Shown here piece after piece: positions 19,782 to 29,592 of a stretch of DNA of 64,000 nucleotides. A model generated the notes under the pieces. That model saw only the letters and a list, made by a program, of their open reading frames with translations. It did no database searches and was not told the origin of the DNA. Source of the stretch: Verrucomicrobiota bacterium (GTDB lineage: Bacteria > Verrucomicrobiota > Verrucomicrobiia > Methylacidiphilales > JBCBYL01); contig JBCDJI010000015.1 of the NCBI GenBank assembly GCA_038748025.1, positions 23,957 to 87,956 on the forward strand. Reading direction: 5' to 3'. A program made the translations under genes and the position numbers. Each line of letters begins with the position of its first letter. The stretch's first letter is position 1.

Positions 19782-20582
19782 TCAATCCCAAAATGTATCA
19801 TCCATCTTTTTAGCAAAGATATCATCAAAATAAATATCGCGCACCGTCAGACGTGACCGGTCCGGATACACGGTCCAGTCCGGTTTATACATCCCAATCT
19901 TAAAATACGGCCCCTTCCAGTCATTGTAGGAAGTCATACCCCGGTAACGAAATACCTCCGCACCATCCCGCAAGACGATCAGACGACCGTCCTCACCATA
20001 AGACCATCTGACTTTAAATTCCCAGGAGACCCATTTGCCGTTCTCTGCCGGTCCCAGATCCTGTTCGGTATGCACCTCCCGGGAACCTTTGCCAAAACGG
20101 AACTTGTTAATCTTCAGGTCAGATACTTTCTGGGACAGAATCCAGCGGCCATTGCGCGTCATGATTTTCAAAGGAGGACTGCGCCATGTTTCAAGTAGCG
20201 CAAAATCCGGCATCCCATGCCACTGGGAAATATTTTCAGAAGATTCCTCTGCTTCATAATCTTCAGGCAGGTATGCCTTGAATCCATACGCATAGCTGTC
20301 GCCCATTTTGACAGTTCCTATTTTGAGCTCCACACGTTTTGATTTCTTAACAATGGGGTCGTCCGTGCGGATTTTGAAATAAATCACCCGGTTATCGGCT
20401 CCGGCTGGATCATTCACAATAGCGGATTGCCCTGCGTGCGCTATTTCCCACATCCATGCCGGATCCGCACCATCTTCAAAGTCATCATACACCTCAAAAG
20501 GCCCTGGCTGATAGAGTGATGTAAGCCAGAAAAGACCCCCTGCACCCAATACAAGAAAGGTAACTGTCAGCGGATGTTTCAT
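19782..20582 (-). CDS. Polysaccharide lyase / heparin lyase I-like jelly-roll protein
   Basis: N-terminal TM; KRVEL, Y.F..YLP, ISQWHG, SPPL, G.W..W...VRWS..EDG, YFKIGMYK, IYFDDI. Confidence 0.75.
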   Translation of the reverse strand: MKHPLTVTFLVLGAGGLFWLTSLYQPGPFEVYDDFEDGADPAWMWEIAHAGQSAIVNDPAGADNRVIYFKIRTDDPIVKKSKRVELKIGTVKMGDSYAYGFKAYLPEDYEAEESSENISQWHGMPDFALLETWRSPPLKIMTRNGRWILSQKVSDLKINKFRFGKGSREVHTEQDLGPAENGKWVSWEFKVRWSYGEDGRLIVLRDGAEVFRYRGMTSYNDWKGPYFKIGMYKPDWTVYPDRSRLTVRDIYFDDIFAKKMDDTFWD

Positions 20583-20679
20583 GCAACACGAGCAAAGCTG
20601 TTTTCTTCAAGACTGCCAAGTAAAAGAAAGCTGTATTTGAGTCTTGAAACTTCATTCTTACACCGGAGACTGCTCGCGT

Positions 20680-20940
20680 ATGTCCTTCCCGAAAAACCTA
20701 GTCGGCTACGAGATTGCGCTGGAACGCGCATTTCGCATGCTACTGGGCAGTGAGCTTGATGCTCATACCATGCCGGATGAGGAATCTGTCGGAGAAGCTT
20801 TTTTCAGACAAATCGAACCAGGTGACTTTGCCCGACAGTGGCTGGCCGATGAAAAATACCACCTCTCGGATGAGATGCCCTCTCCGGATACAGAAGAAAA
20901 TCAGTTTGATCGCGGGCAACAGGAAGAGGAATTATTCTAA
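20680..20940 (+). CDS. Hypothetical acidic protein
   Basis: ORF filling the gap, TAATG-coupled to the pfkB-family gene. Confidence 0.6.
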   Translation: MSFPKNLVGYEIALERAFRMLLGSELDAHTMPDEESVGEAFFRQIEPGDFARQWLADEKYHLSDEMPSPDTEENQFDRGQQEEELF

Positions 20941-21929
20941 TGATGAAACAGACACATGACATTATCGGCGTAGGAGCTCCAATCCTCGATTCACTGATTA
21001 AAATTGAGGACTCATTTCTACAGGAACACGTTCAAGGAGAAAAAGGAGGCATGGAGTTAATCGATGGTGATACACTTGCTGCTATCATCGGAAAATCCGG
21101 TATGACACCTGTGGATACGCCTGGCGGCTCCGCAGGCAACACCATTTTTGCCATGACGCGTCTGGGCATGAAGACCGCTTTCATCGGTAAACTGGGAACA
21201 GATGACGCCGCAGTCACCTTTCGCAATGCCTATCAACAGATGGGAGGTGATCTGTCGCGTTTTAAAATCGCCGAAGGCCCGAATGCCAGGTGCCTTTCTC
21301 TCGTCACGCCGGATTCCGAACGCACCATGCGCACGATGCTGGGTGCTTCTGCGCTACTCACCCCGGATGAGGTCAGCCCGGATGACTTCGCGGGAGCACG
21401 TCATGTCCATATTGAGGGTTATCTCTTGTTTAACCCGGATTTAATCCGGCAAGTCACTTGCTGCGCAGCCGAGGCAGGCTGCACCATTAGTCTGGATTTG
21501 GCTTCTTTTGAGGTTGTCAGCGCCTCTAAAGCACATCTGGTCAGCCTGCTTGAAAACCATGTGGATGTCGTGTTTGCCAATGAGGATGAAGCACAAGCCT
21601 ACTTCCCGGATCTTACCGGATATGAACAAATGGCTGCTGAACTGGCAAAACTATGCCAGGTAGCAGTTGTAAAGCTGGGTGCAGACGGGTCCATTATTGC
21701 ATCCGGTGACCAGCAGCATCGTATCGGCTGCCGACCGATCCGGCAGTTGGTGGATACCACCGGTGCTGGTGATCTCTGGGCCTCCGGTTTTCTCACCGGC
21801 TGGCTGCGTGATAAGGATCTGGCAGAATGCGGACGGCTTGGCTCTGTGATGGGAGCTGAAATTGTTCAGGTGATGGGAGCCAACGTTCCCGCAGAACGCT
21901 GGCCGGCGGTTCTGGCCGAGTTCTCCTGA
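20940..21929 (+). CDS. PfkB-family (adenosine kinase-like) carbohydrate kinase
   Basis: PGGSAGNT, VTPDSERTMRT.LGAS, FANEDEA, VDTTGAGDLWASGF. Confidence 0.92.
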   Translation: MMKQTHDIIGVGAPILDSLIKIEDSFLQEHVQGEKGGMELIDGDTLAAIIGKSGMTPVDTPGGSAGNTIFAMTRLGMKTAFIGKLGTDDAAVTFRNAYQQMGGDLSRFKIAEGPNARCLSLVTPDSERTMRTMLGASALLTPDEVSPDDFAGARHVHIEGYLLFNPDLIRQVTCCAAEAGCTISLDLASFEVVSASKAHLVSLLENHVDVVFANEDEAQAYFPDLTGYEQMAAELAKLCQVAVVKLGADGSIIASGDQQHRIGCRPIRQLVDTTGAGDLWASGFLTGWLRDKDLAECGRLGSVMGAEIVQVMGANVPAERWPAVLAEFS

Positions 21930-22063
21930 TACGGTCGAGAACAGACTCCCGCATTTCTTCATATCCGATTATTATCTCTAGCATAAAGTTAATTGAACCG
22001 CATTGGCTGCTGCCGGATGCAATTTAGGTTTAAGAATATCAGTATTGTGCCTATGCTGCTGAC

Positions 22064-23359
22064 ATGCCTGAGAACGTGAAAATCCAAGTGGGTGACCGGA
22101 CTTTTGAATATCCGCTCATTACCGGCAGCCAGCAGGAGCATGCCGTTGATATGCGATCGTTCCGCGCTGATACCGGATACATTTCCTATGATGAAGGCTA
22201 TGGCAACACTGGCTCCTGCAAGAGTGCCATCACCTTTATCAATGGTGAAAAAGGAATCCTGCGCTACCGGGGTTACCCGATTGAACAGTTGGCGCAGGAA
22301 TCCTCCTTTCTGGAGACAGCTTATCTGATCATCTACGGCGAGCTACCCACTGCAGAAGCATATCATGCTTTCCGTAATTTGATTATCGGCAATGCATCCA
22401 TTAACGAATCCATGCTTAATCACTATCAGGGATTTCCGAGCGGGGCCCATCCCATGGCTGTGCTTTCCTCCATGATGAACGCACTGGGCTGCTATTATCC
22501 GGAAATGGCTTCCAATAATCGCACCCGGGATCTTGAATATTTTGACTCCGCTGCCGCCATTCTCATATCGAAAGTGCGCACGCTGGCTGCGGCCACATAC
22601 CGCATGAAGCATGGACGCCCTTTTATTCACCCCAAGCCGCAGCTGAAATACTGTTCCAATTTTCTGCACATGATGTTTTCGGAACCTTACAGCGAATATA
22701 TTCCACGCCTGGAGGTCGATGAAGCTTTGAATCTGGTGCTGCTGCTGCACGCGGATCATGAACAGAACTGCAGCACTTCTACCGTGCGAATGGTAGCCTC
22801 TGGTGGTGCAAACATGTTCGCATCGGTAGCTGCAGGCATTTGCGCGCTTTGGGGCCCGGCCCATGGGGGTGCCAATATGAAGGTCATTCAGATGCTTGAA
22901 TCCATTTATGCCGATGGCGATGATGGCAGCCGATTCATTAAAGCCGCCCAAAGCGGCGACTCCTCGAAGCGGTTAATGGGATTCGGTCACCGTGTCTATA
23001 AGAGTTGCGACCCCCGCGCCACCATCCTTAAGGAGGTCTGTCAAAACTTGATTAAAAAAACGGGAACCGCTGATCCTCTACTGGATATTGCCATGCGGCT
23101 GGAGCAGGCCGCATTGTCCGATGCGTACTTTCTAGAGCGAAATCTCTACCCGAATGTGGATTTCTACAGCGGGATCATCATGAAGTCTATCGGCATTCCG
23201 CTTGATATGTTTACCGTCATGTTCGCGATCGGACGTCTCCCCGGCTGGATCGCCCACTGGAAAGAACTTGCTGAAAACCCGCAAAGCAAGATTCACCGCC
23301 CTCGCCAGATCTACACGGGTGCCTCTAAACGGGATTACGTGCCGATTGAGCATCGATAA
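22064..23359 (+). CDS. gltA: Citrate synthase
   Basis: [57 protein letters not shown]. Confidence 0.97.
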   Translation: MPENVKIQVGDRTFEYPLITGSQQEHAVDMRSFRADTGYISYDEGYGNTGSCKSAITFINGEKGILRYRGYPIEQLAQESSFLETAYLIIYGELPTAEAYHAFRNLIIGNASINESMLNHYQGFPSGAHPMAVLSSMMNALGCYYPEMASNNRTRDLEYFDSAAAILISKVRTLAAATYRMKHGRPFIHPKPQLKYCSNFLHMMFSEPYSEYIPRLEVDEALNLVLLLHADHEQNCSTSTVRMVASGGANMFASVAAGICALWGPAHGGANMKVIQMLESIYADGDDGSRFIKAAQSGDSSKRLMGFGHRVYKSCDPRATILKEVCQNLIKKTGTADPLLDIAMRLEQAALSDAYFLERNLYPNVDFYSGIIMKSIGIPLDMFTVMFAIGRLPGWIAHWKELAENPQSKIHRPRQIYTGASKRDYVPIEHR

Positions 23360-23488
23360 CTGCGGTTTGATCCGTTCAAGGAGATTTCACCAGGATGCAT
23401 GGCGGTTGATCTGAGCTGCAGTCGCAGTGCCGCATCTCCGCTCCGATATTATTCTTTCCGATTTTTCGGCATGCGGCACCCTACTATC

Positions 23489-25660
23489 ATGAATGAATTC
23501 ATGGATTCCTTGTGTGTCTGGGCCATGCAGCAAGGTGCCTCTGATATTTTTTTAAATGAACAAAAAACTCCCCGGATCAGACTCCGCGGCCAGCTGACAC
23601 CAGTGCCGGATTATCATGTGGAAGCCCATCATTTTGATCAATTCTGGCAGGATTGTGGTGCTCATTCCGGGACCACTGATCTGGATACCACGATCAGCAC
23701 TTCCGACGGCAAACGGTTTCGTGTCAGCCTGTTTTCACATGTGGGCGAGCGCGGGGCGGTATTGCGCCCGGTAAAAACGGAAATCCCGGATCTGGACAGC
23801 CTGGGCCTGCCGAAAATATTACTGACCGACTGGATACTGCGACCTTCCGGCCTTATGCTGATTACGGGGCCGACAGGATCCGGAAAATCGACCACGCTGG
23901 CTGCTTGCTTGCAATGGTTGAACCAAAACCATTCCCGGCATGTCATCAGTATTGAGGATCCCATCGAGTATCTTTTTTCCGATCACCACTGTATTTTCAC
24001 TCAAAGAGAAATTGGACGCCACACACCTGCTTTTTCACAGGGATTGAAAAGTGCACTCCGCCAGAGCCCGGATATCATCTTTCTGGGGGAAATCCGGGAT
24101 GCAGATACGGCCATGACCGCCTTACAAGCTGCAGAAACCGGTCATCTTGTGATCGCAACACTCCACAGTGCAAATTCAGCTGAATCACTGGATCGCCTGA
24201 CTCGGCTGTTCCCCCCGGATGAAAGAGAGAGCGCGTTAGGTCTTCTTGGTAAACAGCTGATTGGAATTCTCAATCAACACCTGCTTCCCGGCAGTCAGGG
24301 TAACCGGGTTCTGTTGTTGGAACATTTTGAAAATACCGGTGCATCTCGAAACTGGATAGCCGGTGGTGACCATACCGCACTGGCGGATTTTATCGACCGG
24401 GGAACAAATCCCAATAATGTCAGCTTCTTACATGCACTAGTTGACGCATGCCAGTCCGCCCGTATCAGTCCGGAGACTGCCATGCAAGCTGCACCCAGTC
24501 CTCAGGAGTTCACCCGTGCCATAAAAGGCATAGACTCCACATCCTCAGAAATAAAAGAAGATGTATCTTCTGCCCCTGCTGGTGATGATATCGGCGATTA
24601 TCTGTCACTGGCTGTTGAAAGAGGGGCTTCTGATTTACACTTGTGCGCTGGCACGGTTCCCACTGTGCGGATTAATGGTATTTTAAGACCACTTACAGAC
24701 ACTGTAATTTCCGCTAAAAACGTACAAGCCCTTGTGAACAGCGCTTTGAGCCAGAAGCAGCGGGCACGCTTTGAAAATGAATGGGAATTAGATTTTGCGA
24801 TTAATCTGAAAGGCGTTGGACGCTTTCGCGGCAATGTTCATTATAATCGGGGTGCAGTGGATGCTGCATTCCGGCATATCCCGACACAAATCAAGTCTTT
24901 GGCAGACCTGGGACACAAGGCAATGGCGAAAACCTTATGTGGCCTGGAACAGGGACTGATACTGGTCACCGGTATCACTGGTTCGGGAAAATCCTCCACA
25001 CTGGCATCCATGATTAAAGAGATTAGTGATTCCCGTTCCGGCGTCATTGTGACCGTTGAGGATCCCATCGAATTTATTTTTGAGAATAATTTATCCATTA
25101 TCAAACAGCGCGAGGTAGGCTCCGACACCAGGTCATTCGCCTCTGCTTTGAAGCACGTACTGCGACAGGATCCGGATGTCATTATGGTGAGTGAATTACG
25201 TGACCGTGAAACCATATCCGCTGCGGTAACTGCCGCTGAGACAGGACACCTGGTGCTTGGCACACTCCACACCTTGGATGCTCCGGAAGCGATTTTCAGG
25301 ATCGTCGACGTATTCCCAGCCAACCAGCAGGAGCAGATCATTGCGCAATTATCCAATTCCCTGCAGGCCATTATATCTCAAAAACTTTTACCCCGCGTGG
25401 ATCAAGCCGGGCTGGCCCTGGCCAGTGAGATCCTGGTCGCCAATAGTGCCATACGTTCCTGCATCCGCACCCGGAAAATTGAACAGATTACCGGCTTGAT
25501 TGAGATTGGTCAGAAGGACGGTATGCATACTATGGATCAAAGCCTGCTTGAACTTTTCAAGGCCGGAAAAATTTCAGCCCAGGATGCTGCACTGCATGTG
25601 CGTGATAAAGCCAGCTTTCAGGATCTTTCCTTGAACAGCAAAAAGAAGCGCTGGCTCTAG
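23489..25660 (+). CDS. pilT: Tandem PilT/PilU-family retraction ATPase fusion (two complete ATPase units in one ORF)
   Basis: Unit 1: GASDIF, GPTGSGKST, IEDPIE, LRQSPDIIFLGEIRD, AETGHLVIATLH. Unit 2: GASDLH, GITGSGKSS, VEDPIE, LRQDPDVIMVSELRD, AETGHLVLGTLH, AIRSCIR. Confidence 0.9.
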   Translation: MNEFMDSLCVWAMQQGASDIFLNEQKTPRIRLRGQLTPVPDYHVEAHHFDQFWQDCGAHSGTTDLDTTISTSDGKRFRVSLFSHVGERGAVLRPVKTEIPDLDSLGLPKILLTDWILRPSGLMLITGPTGSGKSTTLAACLQWLNQNHSRHVISIEDPIEYLFSDHHCIFTQREIGRHTPAFSQGLKSALRQSPDIIFLGEIRDADTAMTALQAAETGHLVIATLHSANSAESLDRLTRLFPPDERESALGLLGKQLIGILNQHLLPGSQGNRVLLLEHFENTGASRNWIAGGDHTALADFIDRGTNPNNVSFLHALVDACQSARISPETAMQAAPSPQEFTRAIKGIDSTSSEIKEDVSSAPAGDDIGDYLSLAVERGASDLHLCAGTVPTVRINGILRPLTDTVISAKNVQALVNSALSQKQRARFENEWELDFAINLKGVGRFRGNVHYNRGAVDAAFRHIPTQIKSLADLGHKAMAKTLCGLEQGLILVTGITGSGKSSTLASMIKEISDSRSGVIVTVEDPIEFIFENNLSIIKQREVGSDTRSFASALKHVLRQDPDVIMVSELRDRETISAAVTAAETGHLVLGTLHTLDAPEAIFRIVDVFPANQQEQIIAQLSNSLQAIISQKLLPRVDQAGLALASEILVANSAIRSCIRTRKIEQITGLIEIGQKDGMHTMDQSLLELFKAGKISAQDAALHVRDKASFQDLSLNSKKKRWL

Positions 25661-25678
25661 TAAGACTAATTATCCGAA

Positions 25679-26338
25679 ATGACACTCATCCCCTATGGTT
25701 CGAAAAGCTGGTTGGTCCAGTGGGATTCGCGTGAGGCATGTGACCAAGTCGCACCGTTCCTTATGCAAGGACTGGAGGATTCACCACCGGAGGATTTCCT
25801 GGAATATATTTCAGGTTATCAAACGCTACTGCTGATCTTCATTTCGCCGGTCACTCAAGCCAAGCTGCTGACATATCTGAATACGCTGACAGGCCAAAAG
25901 GGTGTCGCGGAACCGAAAGCCCGACATATAGAGATTCCTGTCACTTATAATGGTCCTGACCTGAGCTATGTTGCCGAGACTCATCAGATGACCTGCCAGG
26001 AAGTGATTTTGAGACACTCTGAGCCGAGCTATACCGTCTATTTTATGGGTTTCTCACCGGGTTTCCCTTATTTGGGACCACTGGATACATTGCTGCACAC
26101 ACCGCGCCGCAAATCCCCCCGAACCCGGATTCCTCAGGGCGCGGTAGCCATTGGAGGTTCGCATACCGGTATCTATTCCGTAGACAGCCCGGGCGGCTGG
26201 AATATTATCGGGCATACTTCATATCCGTTATTCCAGCTCGCTCATGCCAAAAACAACTCGGATGCAACCAGAAACATTTTTAGCCTTCACCCGGGAGATC
26301 ATGTAAAATTTGTTCCTCAACTGCCTGATGCCTTGTGA
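25679..26338 (+). CDS. pxpB: 5-oxoprolinase subunit B
   Basis: IPVTYNGPDL, YFMGFSPGFPYL, PRRKSPRTRIPQGAVAIGG, SPGGWNIIG. Confidence 0.92.
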   Translation: MTLIPYGSKSWLVQWDSREACDQVAPFLMQGLEDSPPEDFLEYISGYQTLLLIFISPVTQAKLLTYLNTLTGQKGVAEPKARHIEIPVTYNGPDLSYVAETHQMTCQEVILRHSEPSYTVYFMGFSPGFPYLGPLDTLLHTPRRKSPRTRIPQGAVAIGGSHTGIYSVDSPGGWNIIGHTSYPLFQLAHAKNNSDATRNIFSLHPGDHVKFVPQLPDAL

Positions 26339-27192
26339 AGGTTGCCCGAGTTCAGCAGACCGGTTTAGCCGCCGGCTATCAGGATACAGGGCGACCGGGC
26401 TGGCGCCGGTTCGGTGTTCCAACCGGCGGTTTCATGGATGGTCACAGTGCTTCACTTGCCAATAAACTGCTGGACAATACACACAATGAAACCGTGCTGG
26501 AGTTCGCCTTGCATGGAGCTGAAATTGAGTTTCTGCAAGACACCTGGATTGCGCTGGCTGGCGCCTGTTCCAGCCAGTTGCTGAAAGCTGGTTCTGCCCG
26601 ACTGGTCCATGCTGGAGAATCACTCAGCTTGAGTCCGGCACCAGCAGGTATCTGGACCTATTTGGCGATTCCGGGCGGGTGGCAGGCACAGACCTGGTTC
26701 GGCAGCACTTCCACCCATTCCAGATCTTGCATTGGCGACCGGATACAAAATGGTGATATCTTGAAGAGCTGCACCAATAGATTGGCACCATTTGAATCTT
26801 CAGTGGTAACTCGACTGCCGACAAATGACCACACCATTGATCTGGCACCACCACCCGATGGTTTCCCGATTTTGCCAGGACCGCAATATAGCAGCTTTCC
26901 ATCCCGTGCACAGGAGGCATTGACCCATCAAAAGTGGCAGATTTCATCCCAATCGGATCGTGCCGGCTACCGGCTGCAGGGGCACCCGCTGGATCTGGCT
27001 GATGAGATCACCAGTGAACCCGTTCTACCGGGTTCTTTTCAGGTTCCCGGAAATGGCCAGCCCATTATTACCATGCCGGACGGCCCGACGGTCGGAGGCT
27101 ATCCGAAAATTGCATATATGGAGCACCGGACACTCTGGAGACTTGCCCAATGCCAGCCCGGCAGTCAGGTTGAATTTCGATGGGAAAAGTAA
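26335..27192 (+). CDS. pxpC: 5-oxoprolinase subunit C
   Basis: QDTGRPG..RFGVPTGG.MD, SDRAGYRL, QVPGNGQPII.MPDGPTVGGYPKI. Confidence 0.92.
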   Translation: MKVARVQQTGLAAGYQDTGRPGWRRFGVPTGGFMDGHSASLANKLLDNTHNETVLEFALHGAEIEFLQDTWIALAGACSSQLLKAGSARLVHAGESLSLSPAPAGIWTYLAIPGGWQAQTWFGSTSTHSRSCIGDRIQNGDILKSCTNRLAPFESSVVTRLPTNDHTIDLAPPPDGFPILPGPQYSSFPSRAQEALTHQKWQISSQSDRAGYRLQGHPLDLADEITSEPVLPGSFQVPGNGQPIITMPDGPTVGGYPKIAYMEHRTLWRLAQCQPGSQVEFRWEK

Positions 27193-27893
27193 TTCTCAAC
27201 GTAGATCTGGGAGAAGGTGAAACTTCTGATCAATCAGTCGCATTCATCCAGTGTGTTGGTGCTGCAAACATTGCATGTGGCGGACACGCGGGGAACGACG
27301 AGTCCATGAAACAATGTCTGGATGCCTGTATTGCTAATGGCACATTTGCCGGAGCGCATCCGGGCACCTCCGGTAATTTTGGTCGTGACCATGCACTACC
27401 CACGGCTGATGAGTTTTCTCAGCTGCTGGAAACTCAATGGCAACGCATTACACACATTGCAGATTTGCTGGGAGTATCGTTACATCATATCAAGTTACAT
27501 GGCCAATTATACATGGCTGTCGAACACTCTGAAACGCTGGCAAATGCATACCTCTGCTTCCTGCGGCAACTGACACCTACCCCGGTGATTTTTTCACTGG
27601 CAGAGGGCAAATTTCACAAACTTGCCGAAGCCGCCGGACTGCCGGTATGGGGAGAACTTTTCGCCGACCGCCAATACGAAGCTGATGCTACATTGCGGGC
27701 ACGCCAAAATCCCGATGCATTGATTCATCACACGGAAGATATTGAAAGACGAGTCAGCCAATGGCTGGATCATGGAAAAATCCTTGCCATGGATAACAGC
27801 CCGATCACGCTGAAAGCAGAAACCATCTGTCTGCACTCCGATACGCCGAATGCACTGGCGACAGCCAGACGCCTGCAGCAACTGCTATCCTGA
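27180..27893 (+). CDS. pxpA: 5-oxoprolinase subunit A (LamB/YcsF)
   Basis: LNVDLGEG, ANIACGGHAG, GAHPG, HIKLHGQLY, ELFADRQY, TICLHSDTP. Confidence 0.93.
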   Translation: MGKVILNVDLGEGETSDQSVAFIQCVGAANIACGGHAGNDESMKQCLDACIANGTFAGAHPGTSGNFGRDHALPTADEFSQLLETQWQRITHIADLLGVSLHHIKLHGQLYMAVEHSETLANAYLCFLRQLTPTPVIFSLAEGKFHKLAEAAGLPVWGELFADRQYEADATLRARQNPDALIHHTEDIERRVSQWLDHGKILAMDNSPITLKAETICLHSDTPNALATARRLQQLLS

Positions 27894-29552
27894 GTGAGGA
27901 AACAATAAATTTAAAATCTCAGAGATACGGTTCAGCTGATATGGTTTGCCCATCGAAGCATGGAATCCAAAACTCTCTGGTTCCAATAAAACCGGATGAT
28001 TTTCATATGAGCTGACTGCAATAACCTTGGTAAATGGCGAAATAGCCTTCAAACGGCGTGCGAGAATCTGGCCTTCTGCATCCTCCGGTGTCATCACGTC
28101 GGTTACCACTAAATGATAGGATTTGCGCTGCCGCTGAGCTGCTTTGAATTCGTCCATTAATTCTGAAAAATCCTGCACTGCTTTTGCTTGATACCCTATC
28201 TGATCAAATAAGGCGGTGCTGAATTCTCTTACAAACGATTCACTATCCATAATGAGCACCCGCCGATTCGATTTGGCAGCGACAGGCTCAGGTTTCGGTT
28301 CCGGTTTCGGTTTGGGCTTGGACGTCGGTGTTGCGAAAGTGGTAAGCGTCGAGTTGCTTCCTATGTCTTCAGGAGATGACGAACTGGTCGGCAAATAAAT
28401 ACTGACTTCTGTTCCTACGCGATCTTTGGTCTCAATGAAAAGAGCACCCTTGTGATCCGTGATCGCAGTCAGCGCATTAGATAAACCCAGGCCCTGATGA
28501 CCGTCCTTAGTCGTATAATACGGCTCAAACAAGCGATTTTTTTGATGAGCCGGAAACCCAACACCCTGATCGCGAATCTTTAATGCTGCATACGTCCCCG
28601 GTTGCAACCGGGTTGCTACACCTTCGCGTCGTTCAATCGTCAGTGATACCTGCAATACCCCACCCTTAGGCATGGCTTCGGCAGCATTTTGCAAAACCGC
28701 TGCCACAGATTCTGTAATCGCTTCCTGTGATGCATTGATGATGACAGGCAGGGAAGTAATCTGCTGTTGCAGTTTGATACCCCTTCCCTTCGGCACATTT
28801 TCGGCAACCGCTCTGGTAATCAAAGCACGGTAATCCAACTCCTGGTAAGAAGCATCCCCTCCGCCAGATAAGGTCATCAGTTCTCTGACTAACTTTTGCG
28901 ACTTGTCAGCCACCTTCATCACATCCGCAATGAGTAGCCTTTCTGCAGAGCCTTCAGGCAGTGATTTACTGACCATGCCTACCTTGGAGATAATTTCAGC
29001 AGTATACTCATTGAAGGAAACACCGACTTTTTCCGAGAAATCTGCCAGTGCCTGCATCTTCTGGAATTTCTCCTGCTCCTCCTCTGATTTGATCCGGTTT
29101 GTCATGTCGCGTGCGACGATGACTACCGCACGCACGCTTTCATCCGGATTTCGCACCACCTGGGCTTTTGATTCCAACGGCACCCAGTGGCCTTGCTTGT
29201 GCTTCATCCGATACTGAATGGTTTTCCCCACTCCCGTTTCAATGCTCTCGCTGAATGTATTTTCCACCAGGCTGCGGTCATCGGGATGAATCTCGATAAA
29301 GGAGTTGGTCGATTCCAACTCTTCCGGTGTATACCCCAGGGTTTCACGATAGGAGCGGTTATTCCAAATACGGCGGCCCTCCGTATCTATAATCGCCAGC
29401 AGGTCCGCCACATGCCGGGTGATCAGCTGATACAGTTCAACACTGTCGTCCTGTTCCCGGGAATAAGCGCGCAACTCATCCAGTTCCTGTTGCAGGCGTG
29501 CATTTTCCACAGCAAGACCGGAGTCGTTAGAAATTTGTTCACTGTCACCCAT
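27885..29552 (-). CDS. PAS-domain hybrid sensor kinase-like protein (CckA-like) lacking the phospho-acceptor His
   Basis: PAS/PAC (IHPDD...VARDMT); HATPase N/G1/F/G2 boxes (NAAEAM, DQGVG, FEPYYTTK, GLGL); REC domain (VLIMDSE, VVTD, GKPY); H-box reads EKVGVSFNE. Confidence 0.85.
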   Translation of the reverse strand: MGDSEQISNDSGLAVENARLQQELDELRAYSREQDDSVELYQLITRHVADLLAIIDTEGRRIWNNRSYRETLGYTPEELESTNSFIEIHPDDRSLVENTFSESIETGVGKTIQYRMKHKQGHWVPLESKAQVVRNPDESVRAVVIVARDMTNRIKSEEEQEKFQKMQALADFSEKVGVSFNEYTAEIISKVGMVSKSLPEGSAERLLIADVMKVADKSQKLVRELMTLSGGGDASYQELDYRALITRAVAENVPKGRGIKLQQQITSLPVIINASQEAITESVAAVLQNAAEAMPKGGVLQVSLTIERREGVATRLQPGTYAALKIRDQGVGFPAHQKNRLFEPYYTTKDGHQGLGLSNALTAITDHKGALFIETKDRVGTEVSIYLPTSSSSPEDIGSNSTLTTFATPTSKPKPKPEPKPEPVAAKSNRRVLIMDSESFVREFSTALFDQIGYQAKAVQDFSELMDEFKAAQRQRKSYHLVVTDVMTPEDAEGQILARRLKAISPFTKVIAVSSYENHPVLLEPESFGFHASMGKPYQLNRISEILNLLFPHSG

Positions 29553-29592
29553 CAGAAAGCATTCTATCGGTTATTTACTCACCTATCCATTC

